A stretch of 64,000 nt of DNA. Origin: an uncultured delta proteobacterium (GTDB taxonomy: Bacteria > Myxococcota_A > Polyangia > Haliangiales > Haliangiaceae). Positions 1 to 9,830 of this stretch are shown here, in pieces (positions within the stretch are counted from its first letter, which is position 1; each line of letters starts with the position of its first letter). The position numbers and the translations under genes are program-made. The stretch is from the NCBI GenBank assembly GCA_963848295.1, contig CAWKDB010000010.1, positions 3,136,001 through 3,200,000 on the forward strand, read 5' to 3'. The notes under the pieces are model-generated. The model was given only the letters and a program-made list of their open reading frames with translations. It was not told the origin of the DNA and did no database searches.

Positions 1-782
1 TCGTTCAACCCGGAGGCGTTGCCGGCGGTCACCGTGCCGGCTTTTGCAAATGCGGGACGGAGCTTCGCGAGCTGCTCGAGCGTGGTCTCGGGCCGGGGGT
101 GTTCGTCGGCCGCGACCGTGATCGCGGCGCCGGTCTTCCTGTCGGCACCACTGGTGATCGGCGTGATCTCGAGCGCCATGCGGCCGCTCGCGATCGCCGC
201 GGCGGCGCGCTGTTGCGACGTGATCGCGAACCGATCCTGCGCCTCGCGCGACACGTTGCAGCGCTCGGCGACCTTCTCCGCGGTCTCACCCATCGCGAGC
301 GTGCCGTGCGCCTCGTTCATCTTTGGATTGACGAATCGCCAGCCGAGCGTCGTGTCGTAGATCGTCTGGTTGCCGCGCGGGAACGCCTCGGTGGCTTTGG
401 CCATGACGAGCGGCGACCGCGACATGTTCTCGACCCCACCGGCGATGACGAGCTCGGCATCGCCGGTCGCGACCAGGCGGGCCGCATCTGCGATCGCCTG
501 CATGCCCGAGCCGCACAGCCGATTGACCGTCACGCCGGGGACGGACACGGGCAAGCCGGCGAGCAACGCCGCCATCCGCGCGACGTTGCGGTTATCTTCG
601 CCGGCCTGGTTCGCGCAGCCGAGGATGACGTCGTCGATGCGATCGGCTGGCAGCTTGGTCTTCGCGACCAGCGCCGCGATCACCGCGGCGGCGAGGTCGT
701 CGGCTCGCACGCCTGCGAGGCCGCCGCCGTAGCGACCGAAAGGGGACCGGAGACCGTCGACGAGATAGGCCGCGCGCGTCAT
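1..782 (-). CDS. Acetyl-CoA C-acyltransferase (thiolase, PcaF/PaaJ-like); runs off the left edge
   Basis: Manual translation from ATG at 782: MTRAAYLVDGLRSPFGRYGGGLAGVRADDLAA...EDNRNVARMAALLAGLP...VNRLCGSG...GGVENMSR...TAGNASGLND. Confidence 0.92.
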   Translation of the reverse strand, partial: MTRAAYLVDGLRSPFGRYGGGLAGVRADDLAAAVIAALVAKTKLPADRIDDVILGCANQAGEDNRNVARMAALLAGLPVSVPGVTVNRLCGSGMQAIADAARLVATGDAELVIAGGVENMSRSPLVMAKATEAFPRGNQTIYDTTLGWRFVNPKMNEAHGTLAMGETAEKVAERCNVSREAQDRFAITSQQRAAAAIASGRMALEITPITSGADRKTGAAITVAADEHPRPETTLEQLAKLRPAFAKAGTVTAGNASGLN

Positions 783-916
783 CGGCGCACTTTAGCCTGA
801 GGGCGCACCGATCGCTCGGCTGTTCGGCGTAGCAAGCACAGCCGAAGCCTCACGCCCGAAGGCCCCAGTGGGTCCGAAAACTGGCGCCCGGCAGCGCCGC
901 TACCTAGGGTCTCTCC

Positions 917-1324
917 ATGGTCCACGACATGCCCTCCGACCCCGAAGCCGATGCGAGCTGGCTCGCGATCCGCCAGCCCGCGGTCGTCCGGATGCTCGAG
1001 CTCGAGCTGGCGAGCCGTGACGGTGATGCGTTCGCCGCCGGGTTGGAGCTCGCGTGCCGGGTGCTCGGCGGTCGCACGCCGATCGGCGACATGCGGCTCG
1101 AGCACTCCGCGCTGTCCACGGGCCTGCGCGCGGTTCGCGCCGGTCGCTGCGATCGAGCGATGGTGCGCTCGCTGCGCGATCAGATCGACGAGCTCTCGGT
1201 CGCGCTGACCACCGTCGAGCAAGACGCCGTCGCCACCGCGATCGCCGCGATCATCTACGCGGTGCTCGATACGAGCGTGCGCGAGCTCGACGACACGCTG
1301 ATCCGATCCGCCGTCAGCGCGTAG
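917..1324 (+). CDS. Hypothetical protein, 135 aa
   Basis: Protein-like helical ORF; TAGGGT box 6 nt before ATG. Confidence 0.7.
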   Translation: MVHDMPSDPEADASWLAIRQPAVVRMLELELASRDGDAFAAGLELACRVLGGRTPIGDMRLEHSALSTGLRAVRAGRCDRAMVRSLRDQIDELSVALTTVEQDAVATAIAAIIYAVLDTSVRELDDTLIRSAVSA

Positions 1325-1420
1325 CTACGCGCGCGGTACTTGCGGCAACCGATCGAAATCAGCGTCGCGGGTCAGCAGTCCGGGCGCACGCTCGCGGTCG
1401 GGTCCACCCCCTCGTGCGCC

Positions 1421-2809
1421 CTACGGGGCCTTCGCGCGGCGGGCGACGACCGCGCGCACCCGGCGCTGCTCGTCGGCGGTGAACCGCCGCAGCGACGGCT
1501 CGATGCCCCAAGGCTCGTCGGGAAAGAACCCGAGCACCGCGAATAACGCATCGTCCGCGACGCGCTCGTAGGCATGGTTCTCCGCGTCGATCAGCGCCCG
1601 CGCTTCTCGGGCGTTGCGCGGCGCCGGGCCGTCGATGTACGGCTTGTTGCGCGCGCCATAGCGGTTGTCGTTGAAGAAATCGGTGACGAGCAACGCCACC
1701 GCGGGGTTGTGGGTGTATGCGGCCTCGCGAAACAGCCCGGCGAGCGCGTCGGTGCGCTCCGCGAACGCCGCCGACGCCACGCGCATCCTCTCGTGGAGAG
1801 CTTGGACCGCCGTCACGTCGTGCAGCCGTGCGCCGGCGAGCTCGAACGCGAAGTCAGCGCCCCATGTCGGATGTGTGGGGTCGATCGGCTTGCGGTGACG
1901 CGCGGCGTGGGCGACCTGAAGCTGTGGCACCAGGCTCGGATCGTCGAGCTCGCCGAGCGCGAGCACGATCGAAGCGGCGACCCCGTCGTCTTGCTCGTGG
2001 GCGAGCGCCTCGATCAGCTTCGGCGCACGCACGCGCGGGTGACTCTTGCGGAAGCCATTCGCCGCGACGTTTCGCAACTGCATGTTCTGGCTGCGCGCGA
2101 GCACGCCGAGCAAGCGATCGACCGCTTCTGGCGTCTCGGTCGCAGCGACGCACCGGACCGCAGACTCTGCGACCGAGTAGTCGCTCGCGGCGAGCAGCGG
2201 ATCGAGCTGGCCGACGAGCGCCGCATCGCCCGGTTGGACGTAGATCTCGGCGTCCGGCGCGCCCGCCTTGACCGCGGCGATGATGTCGGGATCGTCGAGC
2301 GTGACCAGCGTCATCGGCGACGCACTCGATCCGTCCGGTCCGCGCGCGACCGCGCCGAGCTTGGCTTGCGCGACGAACGCGGTCGCATCGCGGTCGAGCT
2401 GGTAGGTGAACCGGTACTCGGTGCGCGCCGGCAAGCTGGCGAAGCGGTGCGCGACGCCGATCTGAAAGTCGCGCGTGCTGCCGGTGCGCGTGACCGGCAG
2501 CGCGAACACGACACGCTGTTGCTGCGGCGGGATGACGACGAAGTCCTTCGCCGACATCGGCAGCGGCGGCGCGATCGGGCCCTGCCACGCGACCCATGCG
2601 CCGTGTGCGTCTTTGATCTCGAGCGCGAGGCAGTGCCACTCGTTCGCGCACACCGCGATTGGCTGCGCGGTGTGATCGACGACATCGAGCTCGATCGTCT
2701 GCGTGCCGCGCGCCGGCGTGACCCGCGGATAGATCGAGATCGCGGGACGCGTGCTCGGTGCCGCGGCCGCGGTACCCACGATCACCGCATTGATTAGAGC
2801 TGCGCGCAT
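1421..2809 (-). CDS. Secreted protein with HEAT-like repeats
   Basis: Signal-like MRAALINAVIVGTAAAA; HEAT-like segments (LIEALAHEQDDGVAASIVLALGELDDP); start overlaps upstream stop (TGATG). Confidence 0.7.
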   Translation of the reverse strand: MRAALINAVIVGTAAAAPSTRPAISIYPRVTPARGTQTIELDVVDHTAQPIAVCANEWHCLALEIKDAHGAWVAWQGPIAPPLPMSAKDFVVIPPQQQRVVFALPVTRTGSTRDFQIGVAHRFASLPARTEYRFTYQLDRDATAFVAQAKLGAVARGPDGSSASPMTLVTLDDPDIIAAVKAGAPDAEIYVQPGDAALVGQLDPLLAASDYSVAESAVRCVAATETPEAVDRLLGVLARSQNMQLRNVAANGFRKSHPRVRAPKLIEALAHEQDDGVAASIVLALGELDDPSLVPQLQVAHAARHRKPIDPTHPTWGADFAFELAGARLHDVTAVQALHERMRVASAAFAERTDALAGLFREAAYTHNPAVALLVTDFFNDNRYGARNKPYIDGPAPRNAREARALIDAENHAYERVADDALFAVLGFFPDEPWGIEPSLRRFTADEQRRVRAVVARRAKAP

Positions 2810-3380
2810 CACGGCAAGTGTAGCTCGGCGCGTGCGGTCTCGATCGCCTGCGCGAGATCCGGTGCCAGCTCGCACTCGACGACCAGCTCGCCGCCGTCGG
2901 GGTGAGCGACTCGCAACGACGTCGCATGCAGCGCGAGTCGATGCAGACCGAACCGGTCGCGCCACAGCCGATTGTGCTCGCCCTTGCCGTAGCGCACGTC
3001 GCCGATCAGCGGACACGCGATGTGCTTGCAGTGCCGGCGGATCTGATGAAGCCGGCCGGTGCGCGGCCTCGCTTCGACCACCGCGTAGCGCCCGAAAGTC
3101 TCGAGCCGGAGCAGCTCGGTGATCGCCGGCACCCGTGCCTCGCCCGGCGCGCGTGGGATCGCATGGTCGATCACGACCTGCTCCGGCGGATGCCCGCGAG
3201 TGACCGCGAGATACCGCTTGTGCGCGTTCGGCCACGCCTCGGAGAACGCACGGGCGGCTTCCTTGTCGAGCGCGAACAACACGATGCCGGAGGCGCCGCG
3301 ATCGAGGCGATGCACCGGGTAGACGTACGCCCCGACCTCGTCGCGCACGCGCTGGAGCAGGCGTCGTCGTCGTCGGCCCA
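2809..3380 (-). pseudogene. RluA/TruC-family pseudouridine synthase, 5'-truncated/frameshifted
   Basis: VHRLDRGASG, TGRLHQIRRH, IGDVRYG, LALHA motifs; upstream WADDDD is out of frame; the usual N-terminal NKP-x-G segment is absent and the repeat at 3390 sits in its place. Confidence 0.7.
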
Positions 3381-3389
3381 GACCAGGTC

Positions 3390-3485
3390 GACGCTGTCTC
3401 TTTTGTCAACTTGCGCCCCGACCCTCGCTTGCTATCTGTGCGAGTTCGTTCGAGAAAAATGGTGACGCTGTCTCTTTTGTCAACT
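3390..3485 (+). repeat. Solo doublet of the GACGCTGTCTCTTTTGTCAACT repeat family
   Basis: Copies with GAC at 3390 and 3464 (period 74). Confidence 0.95.
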
Positions 3486-5670
3486 AACGGGGTTCGCTGG
3501 GTGGGCCGAGGTGCTGGCGGAAGAAGTCGACCTGGACCTGCTCGCGCGCGAGGTTGAGCTTCGGGTCCGGCACCATGTGCGTCGCCGACAGCGTGATGAC
3601 CTCGGCGCGCTTGCCCGCGACGTACAACGCCTCGATCAGCGCCAGCGTGTTCGCGAAGTGGACGTTGTCGTCGGTGATGCCGTGGATGATCAGCAGCGGT
3701 CGGGTCAAGCTCGCCGCGTAGGTCAACACGCTCGCCTCCGCATAGCCGGCGGCGTTGCGATCCGGCGTCTTCATGTAGCGCTCCGTGTACGCGCTGTCGT
3801 AGAGCGCCCAATCCGTGACCGGCGCACCCGCGACCGCGGCCTTGAACAGCTCAGGGTGCAGCAACACCGCCATCGCGGCGAAGTACCCCCCGAACGACCA
3901 GCCGGCGACGCCGACCCGATCGAGATCCATCTCGGGGTGGCGAGCACCGAGCGCGCGCAGCCCGGCGACCTGATCGTCCATCGCGACGGAGATCAGATCT
4001 TTCAGGATCGCGCGCTCCCATGCTCGGCCCCGGAACGGGGTGCCGCGACCGTCGGTGCGCACGACGATGAACCCGGCGTCGGCGTACCACTGGTCCATCA
4101 CGTAGTCGTCGAGTGCGTCGGTGACCATCGTCTTGTGCGGTCCGGCATAGACCGTGAGCAGCACGGGATAGCGCTGGCGCGGATCGAACGTGCGCGGGCG
4201 AGTCACCGCCGCGTATTGCGTGCGGCCGCCGACCTCCACCGTCTCGATCACCGTCGTCGGCACCAGGCTCGGGCGCTCCGCGACCGACGGCAGCTCGTAG
4301 CGCCCGGTCCGGGTGACTGCGTAGGTGTGATGCCCGCCGGCGTGCGAGCGCTCGACGATCACCGTGACATCGTGGTTCGCCGCGCCCATCGCGAAGCCAT
4401 CGCCGCTCGAGATCCGCTGCGGCGCGCCGCCGTCGAACGGAATCCGCAGCACGTCTTGCTTCGTGGGATCGGCGCCGGCCGTGACGATCGCCGCCTTGTC
4501 CTCGATCCCGACCAACGCGCGCAAGCCGAGCTCTGGCTGGGTCAGGGCGCGCACGAGCTTGCCATCCGGTGCATGAAGCTCGAGCGTCCACGCGCCGGAA
4601 GCTTCGGTCATCCACAGCCACCCGGAGCCGTCGAGCAGCCAGCGCGGCGCACCAGCATCGGCGTTGATCCACGCCTCGTCGTGCTCGGTGAATAGCGCGG
4701 ACGCGGTCGCTGCCGTCGCGTCGAGCCGGAGCAGCTCGACGTCGGTCTGGTCGCGATTCATGACGAGCGCGGTCGGTGGCGCGTGCGGGCGCCACGACAC
4801 GCTGACCAGGTACGGATACCGCGCGATCTCCCACCTGATCCACTTCGCATCGCCACCGCTCGCGGCGACGACGCCGAGATCGACGATCGCGTTTGGCGTG
4901 CCCGCGCGCGGATACTTGAACGCCACCGGCGCGCGCTCGGGGTGGCGCGCGTCGGCGACGTAGATCGTCTCGACCGGACGAAGATCGCTGCGCTCGAACA
5001 ACAGCTGCGAGCTATCCGGCGACCACCAGAACCCGCGGCGCCGGCCAAGCTCCTCTTGCGCGACGAACTCGGCGACGCCGTACTCGAAGCCTTCGGGGTG
5101 ATGGGTGAGCCGTCGGGGCGCGCCCCCAGCCGTGACGACGCAGAGGTCGCCGCCACGCACGAACGCGATCTTCGCGCCGTCCGGCGACAGGTGCGGATCG
5201 TAGGCCTCGCCGCCGGGATCGATCATGTGCCGCGCGCCGGTCGTGCGATCGATCAGGTAGAGCTTGCCGCCGAGCGGGACCATGACGATGTGGCCGTCTT
5301 CGGAGACGTCCACGTCGACCACGCCGCGCGTCGCGGTTCGGGTCCGTTCGCGCCGCGCCTTCTCGGCATCGGACAGGTGCTCGTCGCCGGTGCCGAGCAG
5401 CTCTGCAGCGGTCACCAGCGTCTTGACCGCGCCGGTCTTCGTGTCGAGCTCGTACAGGTCGGCGGCAAACTCGCGCGCGGCGGTCCGGCGGAACAGCACC
5501 GCGCCGTCCTTCGCGATCGCGACGAGCGTCGGCAACCCGAGCCGGAAGTTGAAGGTCGCGGCGGAGTCGGCGAGGAGCTTGGCGTCTAGAGCGGGCCAGG
5601 GCATGGTCGTGGGCCTTGCAGGGTGGCAGGCGGTGACCGCGACGAGCGCGAATGCCGCTAGACGGGTCAT
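3484..5670 (-). CDS. S9 family dipeptidyl peptidase IV-like lipoprotein
   Basis: Lipobox VTAC; EELGRRRGFWWSPD; GWSFGG nucleophile; DDNVH; start MTRLAAF. Confidence 0.93.
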   Translation of the reverse strand: MTRLAAFALVAVTACHPARPTTMPWPALDAKLLADSAATFNFRLGLPTLVAIAKDGAVLFRRTAAREFAADLYELDTKTGAVKTLVTAAELLGTGDEHLSDAEKARRERTRTATRGVVDVDVSEDGHIVMVPLGGKLYLIDRTTGARHMIDPGGEAYDPHLSPDGAKIAFVRGGDLCVVTAGGAPRRLTHHPEGFEYGVAEFVAQEELGRRRGFWWSPDSSQLLFERSDLRPVETIYVADARHPERAPVAFKYPRAGTPNAIVDLGVVAASGGDAKWIRWEIARYPYLVSVSWRPHAPPTALVMNRDQTDVELLRLDATAATASALFTEHDEAWINADAGAPRWLLDGSGWLWMTEASGAWTLELHAPDGKLVRALTQPELGLRALVGIEDKAAIVTAGADPTKQDVLRIPFDGGAPQRISSGDGFAMGAANHDVTVIVERSHAGGHHTYAVTRTGRYELPSVAERPSLVPTTVIETVEVGGRTQYAAVTRPRTFDPRQRYPVLLTVYAGPHKTMVTDALDDYVMDQWYADAGFIVVRTDGRGTPFRGRAWERAILKDLISVAMDDQVAGLRALGARHPEMDLDRVGVAGWSFGGYFAAMAVLLHPELFKAAVAGAPVTDWALYDSAYTERYMKTPDRNAAGYAEASVLTYAASLTRPLLIIHGITDDNVHFANTLALIEALYVAGKRAEVITLSATHMVPDPKLNLAREQVQVDFFRQHLGPPSEPR

Positions 5671-5730
5671 GCCGCGGGCAGTATGCGCCGGTTTTTTGCC
5701 CTCGGGCGCGCGGTAGCGGACCATCCATTC

Positions 5731-6105
5731 ATGAGGAAGGAACGCAGGCGCCGCCGCGCCACCACCGTCACACTCGCGCTCACCTACCAGCTCGATGCGT
5801 GCTGCAAAGACGGCAAGATCCAAGGCATGGTCGTCGCCGACGGAGATGGCCTCCCGCTCGCCGCCGCCGGTGATACCTACGCGTGCGATGAAGTCGCCGC
5901 GCGGATGGTCCATGTCGGTGCGCGCGTCCCGCAGTTCGACGGCACGCTGCTCGGCAGCGGCCATCGCTGGGACGTCCAGATGACGAAGGTCATCGTCGAC
6001 GGCAGCGAGCTCCTCGTCTGTGCGGTCGGCGGCTCGAAGGCGCAACGCAAGAAGCAGATCGCGCGCGGCGCCGAGGGCGCGCTACGCATTCTCGCCGCGG
6101 CGTAA
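5731..6105 (+). CDS. Roadblock/LC7-like small protein
   Basis: IQGMVVADGDGLPLAAAG resembles the roadblock N-terminal signature. Confidence 0.6.
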   Translation: MRKERRRRRATTVTLALTYQLDACCKDGKIQGMVVADGDGLPLAAAGDTYACDEVAARMVHVGARVPQFDGTLLGSGHRWDVQMTKVIVDGSELLVCAVGGSKAQRKKQIARGAEGALRILAAA

Positions 6106-6141
6106 CGGCGAGCCTCGGCGGCGACCCGCTGGTAAGCTTGC

Positions 6142-6585
6142 ATGATGAGAGCAGCCCTTGCCATCGCGCTGGCGCTAGCCGCGTGTCACGCGAAGTCCGC
6201 GCAGCGAGTCGATGACGGTGAAGCCAAGCGTCTGCTCATCGATCGCAACTGGATCGATCGCATGCCGACGACCGAGACCGATCGGCTGCACGTCTATCGC
6301 TTCGTGCCGACGATGGGCGGTGGCGTGTTCCAGGATCGTACGATCTACAAAGGCCAGTTCGAGCTGTTCACGTTCGCGGTCGACGGCGACAAGATCCACT
6401 TCAACCTGCCTCAGACTCACGACGAGGTGACGAGCCGATTCCGGATCGAGAAGGTGGCGGGTCCCGAGCCGTTCGATCTCGAGCTCACGATCGACGACGA
6501 TCCGCGCGGCCCCCACGTCTACTACGGCATTCGCGCGGAGACCGATCGCGACGGCAGTGCGCTCGAGCAGCGCTTGCTAAAATAG
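6142..6585 (+). CDS. Lipoprotein of unknown function
   Basis: MRAALAIALALAAC lipobox. Confidence 0.8.
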   Translation: MMRAALAIALALAACHAKSAQRVDDGEAKRLLIDRNWIDRMPTTETDRLHVYRFVPTMGGGVFQDRTIYKGQFELFTFAVDGDKIHFNLPQTHDEVTSRFRIEKVAGPEPFDLELTIDDDPRGPHVYYGIRAETDRDGSALEQRLLK

Positions 6586-7098
6586 CCAGCCGAGATCGAG
6601 GCCGAACACGAAGCCGTCGTGAGTCTCGGCGGGGACGCGGCCGCGCAGGTCGATGTCCTCGTGTAACGACACGCCCATGTGTGGCGTGATCGCGAGCTCG
6701 CGCCACGGCACGATGCGATAGCCGACCTCGCTGATCCCGCCGATCGAGAGCGTCGTGCCGAGCCAGCGATGGTCGGCGTCGTCGTGGGTCGAGTCGGTCG
6801 CGAGCTCGAGGCTCGAGCCGAAGAACCAGCCGTCCATGTTGCCGGCGGGCAAGCGCGATAGCCACGCGCCACGGCTGTTGTGGAAGTAGCAGCGCAGCTG
6901 GATCAGCGTGCCGACCCGCAGCGCGGTGTAATCGCCAGTCGCCGCTTCGCGCATCTCGCCGCCGACCGCGATCGACATGTGCAAGAACGGCACGTAGCGC
7001 TCGTACTGAGCCGCCGCGCCGCGCAAGCCATCGATCGACGGCAGCTCGAGTGACACGTTGTTGAGCAGCGGCGCCATCACCAGCGCGATCAGGCTCAC
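6577..7098 (-). CDS. Putative small outer-membrane beta-barrel-like protein
   Basis: GTG overlaps esterase stop; alternating beta pattern; C-terminal FGLDLGWLF. Confidence 0.6.
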   Translation of the reverse strand: MSLIALVMAPLLNNVSLELPSIDGLRGAAAQYERYVPFLHMSIAVGGEMREAATGDYTALRVGTLIQLRCYFHNSRGAWLSRLPAGNMDGWFFGSSLELATDSTHDDADHRWLGTTLSIGGISEVGYRIVPWRELAITPHMGVSLHEDIDLRGRVPAETHDGFVFGLDLGWLF

Positions 7099-7970
7099 GG
7101 TGGTGGTCCGATCGTGTGATCGAGAAAGTCGAGCAGCGCGTCTTGCGCGGCCGGCGTGTCGAGCGACGTCAAGGGCAGCTCGAATTCGCCGCCGTCGGTG
7201 GTGTCGTTCAAGATGTGGCCGCCGCCCGGAACTTCCAGCAATCGGGTCTCGGTCCCGACCGCGTCGAGCGCCGCGATCATCGGCTTGTCCTGATGATCGA
7301 AGTTGACGTACCAGTCGCCGTCGCCGGACACGAACAAGTACGGCGGATCGCCTGCGGCGACGTGCGCGAGCGGCGACGCCTCTTGGTAGAGCTCGGGATC
7401 GTCGGAGAGCGATGCGCCGACGAACGAAGTGACCACCGGAAACTGCGGCAGCGCCGCCATGTCCTCGACGCCCGCGCCGCTGACCACCGCATCGAGCGCC
7501 GCGGCTGGACCGGCGTCGCAATCGGGCGCCACGGTCGGGTCGTCGGCGGTGGTCGCGAGCATCGACACCAGGTGGCCGCCGGCCGAGTAGCCGACGCCTG
7601 CGATCCGATCCGGATCGATCGCGAGCTCGGTCGCGTGCGCGCGCATGTACGCGAGCGCGCAGAAGCAGTCCTGGACTTGCGCCGGAAAGTGCGCCTCCGG
7701 GGTCAGCCGGTACTCGATGTTGACCGCGACGTACCCGGCCTCGGCGAGCCAGCTCGATTGCGGCCCCAAGCTGCTGCGATAGACGCCCTCGGTCCAGCCG
7801 CCGCCGTGGATGACCAGCACGGCCGGCCGCGCGGCGCCGTTCGTGTGCGGGTTGTAGACGTCGAGGACGTCCTGGGAGAACCGGCTGTCGTACGAGATGT
7901 CGGTCGTCTCCGTGACACCGACGCCGCACCCGGCGAGAACCGCCGTCCACACCAGCGATGGAAAACGCAT
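7095..7970 (-). CDS. Alpha/beta hydrolase (HSL-type esterase) lipoprotein
   Basis: LAGC lipobox; HGGGW; EYRL; GYSAGG; GGGH. Confidence 0.92.
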   Translation of the reverse strand: MRFPSLVWTAVLAGCGVGVTETTDISYDSRFSQDVLDVYNPHTNGAARPAVLVIHGGGWTEGVYRSSLGPQSSWLAEAGYVAVNIEYRLTPEAHFPAQVQDCFCALAYMRAHATELAIDPDRIAGVGYSAGGHLVSMLATTADDPTVAPDCDAGPAAALDAVVSGAGVEDMAALPQFPVVTSFVGASLSDDPELYQEASPLAHVAAGDPPYLFVSGDGDWYVNFDHQDKPMIAALDAVGTETRLLEVPGGGHILNDTTDGGEFELPLTSLDTPAAQDALLDFLDHTIGPPP

Positions 7971-8026
7971 CGCCGACACGGTAGAGCAATTCGCGGGCCG
8001 CGCGCCTAATCCTGGATCAATCGGGA

Positions 8027-8389
8027 TTAATCGTTCGTCAGTGGCGCTTTCGGCGGCGGGCTTGGCAGCTTCACGCCGGCCCCTTCGGGCGGTGGGGCGA
8101 TGCCGTCGGCGCCGTCGCAGTTCTGATCGATGCCGTCGCCGGGCGTGTCGACCGCACCGGGGTGACGGGCCGCGTTGGCGTCGTCGCAGTCGAGATCGGC
8201 GATCGGTTGTGCGTTGAGCACCGCCGCATCACAGCCGGAGACGCCGCTCGGGCACACCCACGCCCCGGCGAAGCCGTCGCCATCCTGATCGAGTCGAACC
8301 GCGCCGTTCGGGTTGGTGTAGCGAACGTAGGTGGGCGCGGCGGCGCACGCCGCGAGCACGAAGGCGGAGGCGATGCGCGTGGTCGTCAC
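8027..8389 (-). CDS. Small lipoprotein with putative metal-binding (MopE-related) repeat
   Basis: DQDGDGF...DCDDANAARHPGAVDTPGDGIDQNCDG. Confidence 0.8.
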   Translation of the reverse strand: MTTTRIASAFVLAACAAAPTYVRYTNPNGAVRLDQDGDGFAGAWVCPSGVSGCDAAVLNAQPIADLDCDDANAARHPGAVDTPGDGIDQNCDGADGIAPPPEGAGVKLPSPPPKAPLTND

Positions 8390-8405
8390 GCGCCGATCAT
8401 ACGCC

Positions 8406-9812
8406 CTAAAGCGTCTTGAGATATTCGAGCAGCGCGGTCCGGTCGGCGTCGTCGAGCGCATCGCCGAACGTGTGGCCGGCGTTGCCGTAGCCCGGCTGGG
8501 TCGTGTCGTAGATCGCCGTCTTGGTCGAGTCGGTGACGCCGGCCTGGCCGTGATCGAGCGCGGTGAACTTCCAGCCGATCGCGGCCTGGTCGTAGTCTGT
8601 CGACGAGAACGTGCGCGTCCAGTACGTCGGGCGCGTCGTCGAATCGAGCAGCGCCGCGAGGGTCGGCACCGAGCCGTCGTGCAGGTACGGTGCGGTCGCC
8701 CAGATCCCGTCGAGCGGCGGCGCGATGTAGCCGGGTTGCGGATCGAGTTGCGAGACCTGGCCCCAGAACGATTGCGCGAACCACTGGACGTAGCGATCGG
8801 CGAACTGGGACGCGCCGGTCGCGAGCATCGCGTCGGTGCCGACGTCCGCGATCGGGACGAGCTCGTTCGGATACTCGCCGGTGGCACCGTACGTGCCATG
8901 GCAGCGCGCGCACGTCGCGTCGAACACGGTCTTGCCTTGCGCCGCTAGCGAGGCGTCGATCGGGAACGGCCACGCCGGCGGCGTCAGCGATTCGATCCAG
9001 GCGCGGACGTCGACGAACGCCGCGTCGATCGTCTGGGCTTCGGCGACGTTATCGGTGCACAGCAGCGACGCCGTCATCATCGTGCGCGCGTGATCGCCGC
9101 GACCCGCGGTCGTGTAGAACATCGCGTGCTTCTTCGCCATCCGCCACCATGGCGGGACGTGGACCGGCACGACGCCGGGCGGCGGCAGAACGAGCAGCGG
9201 CGTGTCCGACCACGCGAGCGTCGTCGGATCGCGATGCGCCATCAACGCGGCGGTGAGGTTGTCGGCCGGGTTGACGCCGATCGTGAGCGTCTGCGTGTAC
9301 GGCGCGATCGCGTCCATGTGCGTGTCGAACCGCTGCCACTCGGCGTGCGCGGTCGGATCGCTGATCAAGCCGCCGACTTCATCGATCTCCGCGGCCTGGT
9401 TCGTCGTGAAGTCGCCCGCGGCGGCGCCGAGCCCGACGACGATCTTGCCGTTGATCGAGCTCGCGTGACACGTCAGGCAGTTCGCCGACACGACCTCGAC
9501 GCCCTCGGTCGACATCGCGGCGCTGTAATAGTAAGGCAGCGTCGCGTTCTCGCCGGTGCGACCCGGAATCTGCTCCGAGGCGGGCGCGGCGCCGAACACC
9601 GAGTCGTAGAGCGTCTTCGGCAGGCCGCACGTGATGTAGCCGCCGTTGATCAAGTAGTCGTAGCCCTTCGCCGGATCGCCGGCGCGTTGCGGATCGGCCG
9701 GGATCGACGGATACGACCACGTGACCGAGATCGCATCCGAGCCGGTGGCCGGGCCGGGGCCGCGGCCACACGCGGCGACCCCGAGCGCGAGCAACATCGA
9801 GCGAGTCATCAC
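8406..9812 (-). CDS. Di-haem c-type cytochrome lipoprotein (RoxA/CCP-like)
   Basis: CLTCH and CARCH; GIWATAPYLHDGSVPTL; GNAGHTFG...LLEYLKTL. Confidence 0.85.
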   Translation of the reverse strand: MMTRSMLLALGVAACGRGPGPATGSDAISVTWSYPSIPADPQRAGDPAKGYDYLINGGYITCGLPKTLYDSVFGAAPASEQIPGRTGENATLPYYYSAAMSTEGVEVVSANCLTCHASSINGKIVVGLGAAAGDFTTNQAAEIDEVGGLISDPTAHAEWQRFDTHMDAIAPYTQTLTIGVNPADNLTAALMAHRDPTTLAWSDTPLLVLPPPGVVPVHVPPWWRMAKKHAMFYTTAGRGDHARTMMTASLLCTDNVAEAQTIDAAFVDVRAWIESLTPPAWPFPIDASLAAQGKTVFDATCARCHGTYGATGEYPNELVPIADVGTDAMLATGASQFADRYVQWFAQSFWGQVSQLDPQPGYIAPPLDGIWATAPYLHDGSVPTLAALLDSTTRPTYWTRTFSSTDYDQAAIGWKFTALDHGQAGVTDSTKTAIYDTTQPGYGNAGHTFGDALDDADRTALLEYLKTL

Positions 9813-9830
9813 GACCGCAGCTTTCCCTCG

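Noticed and set aside
2810..3811. N-terminal part of the 796-aa ORF 1421-3811
   Set aside because: Overlaps two real genes and the repeat; the plausible start is 2809.
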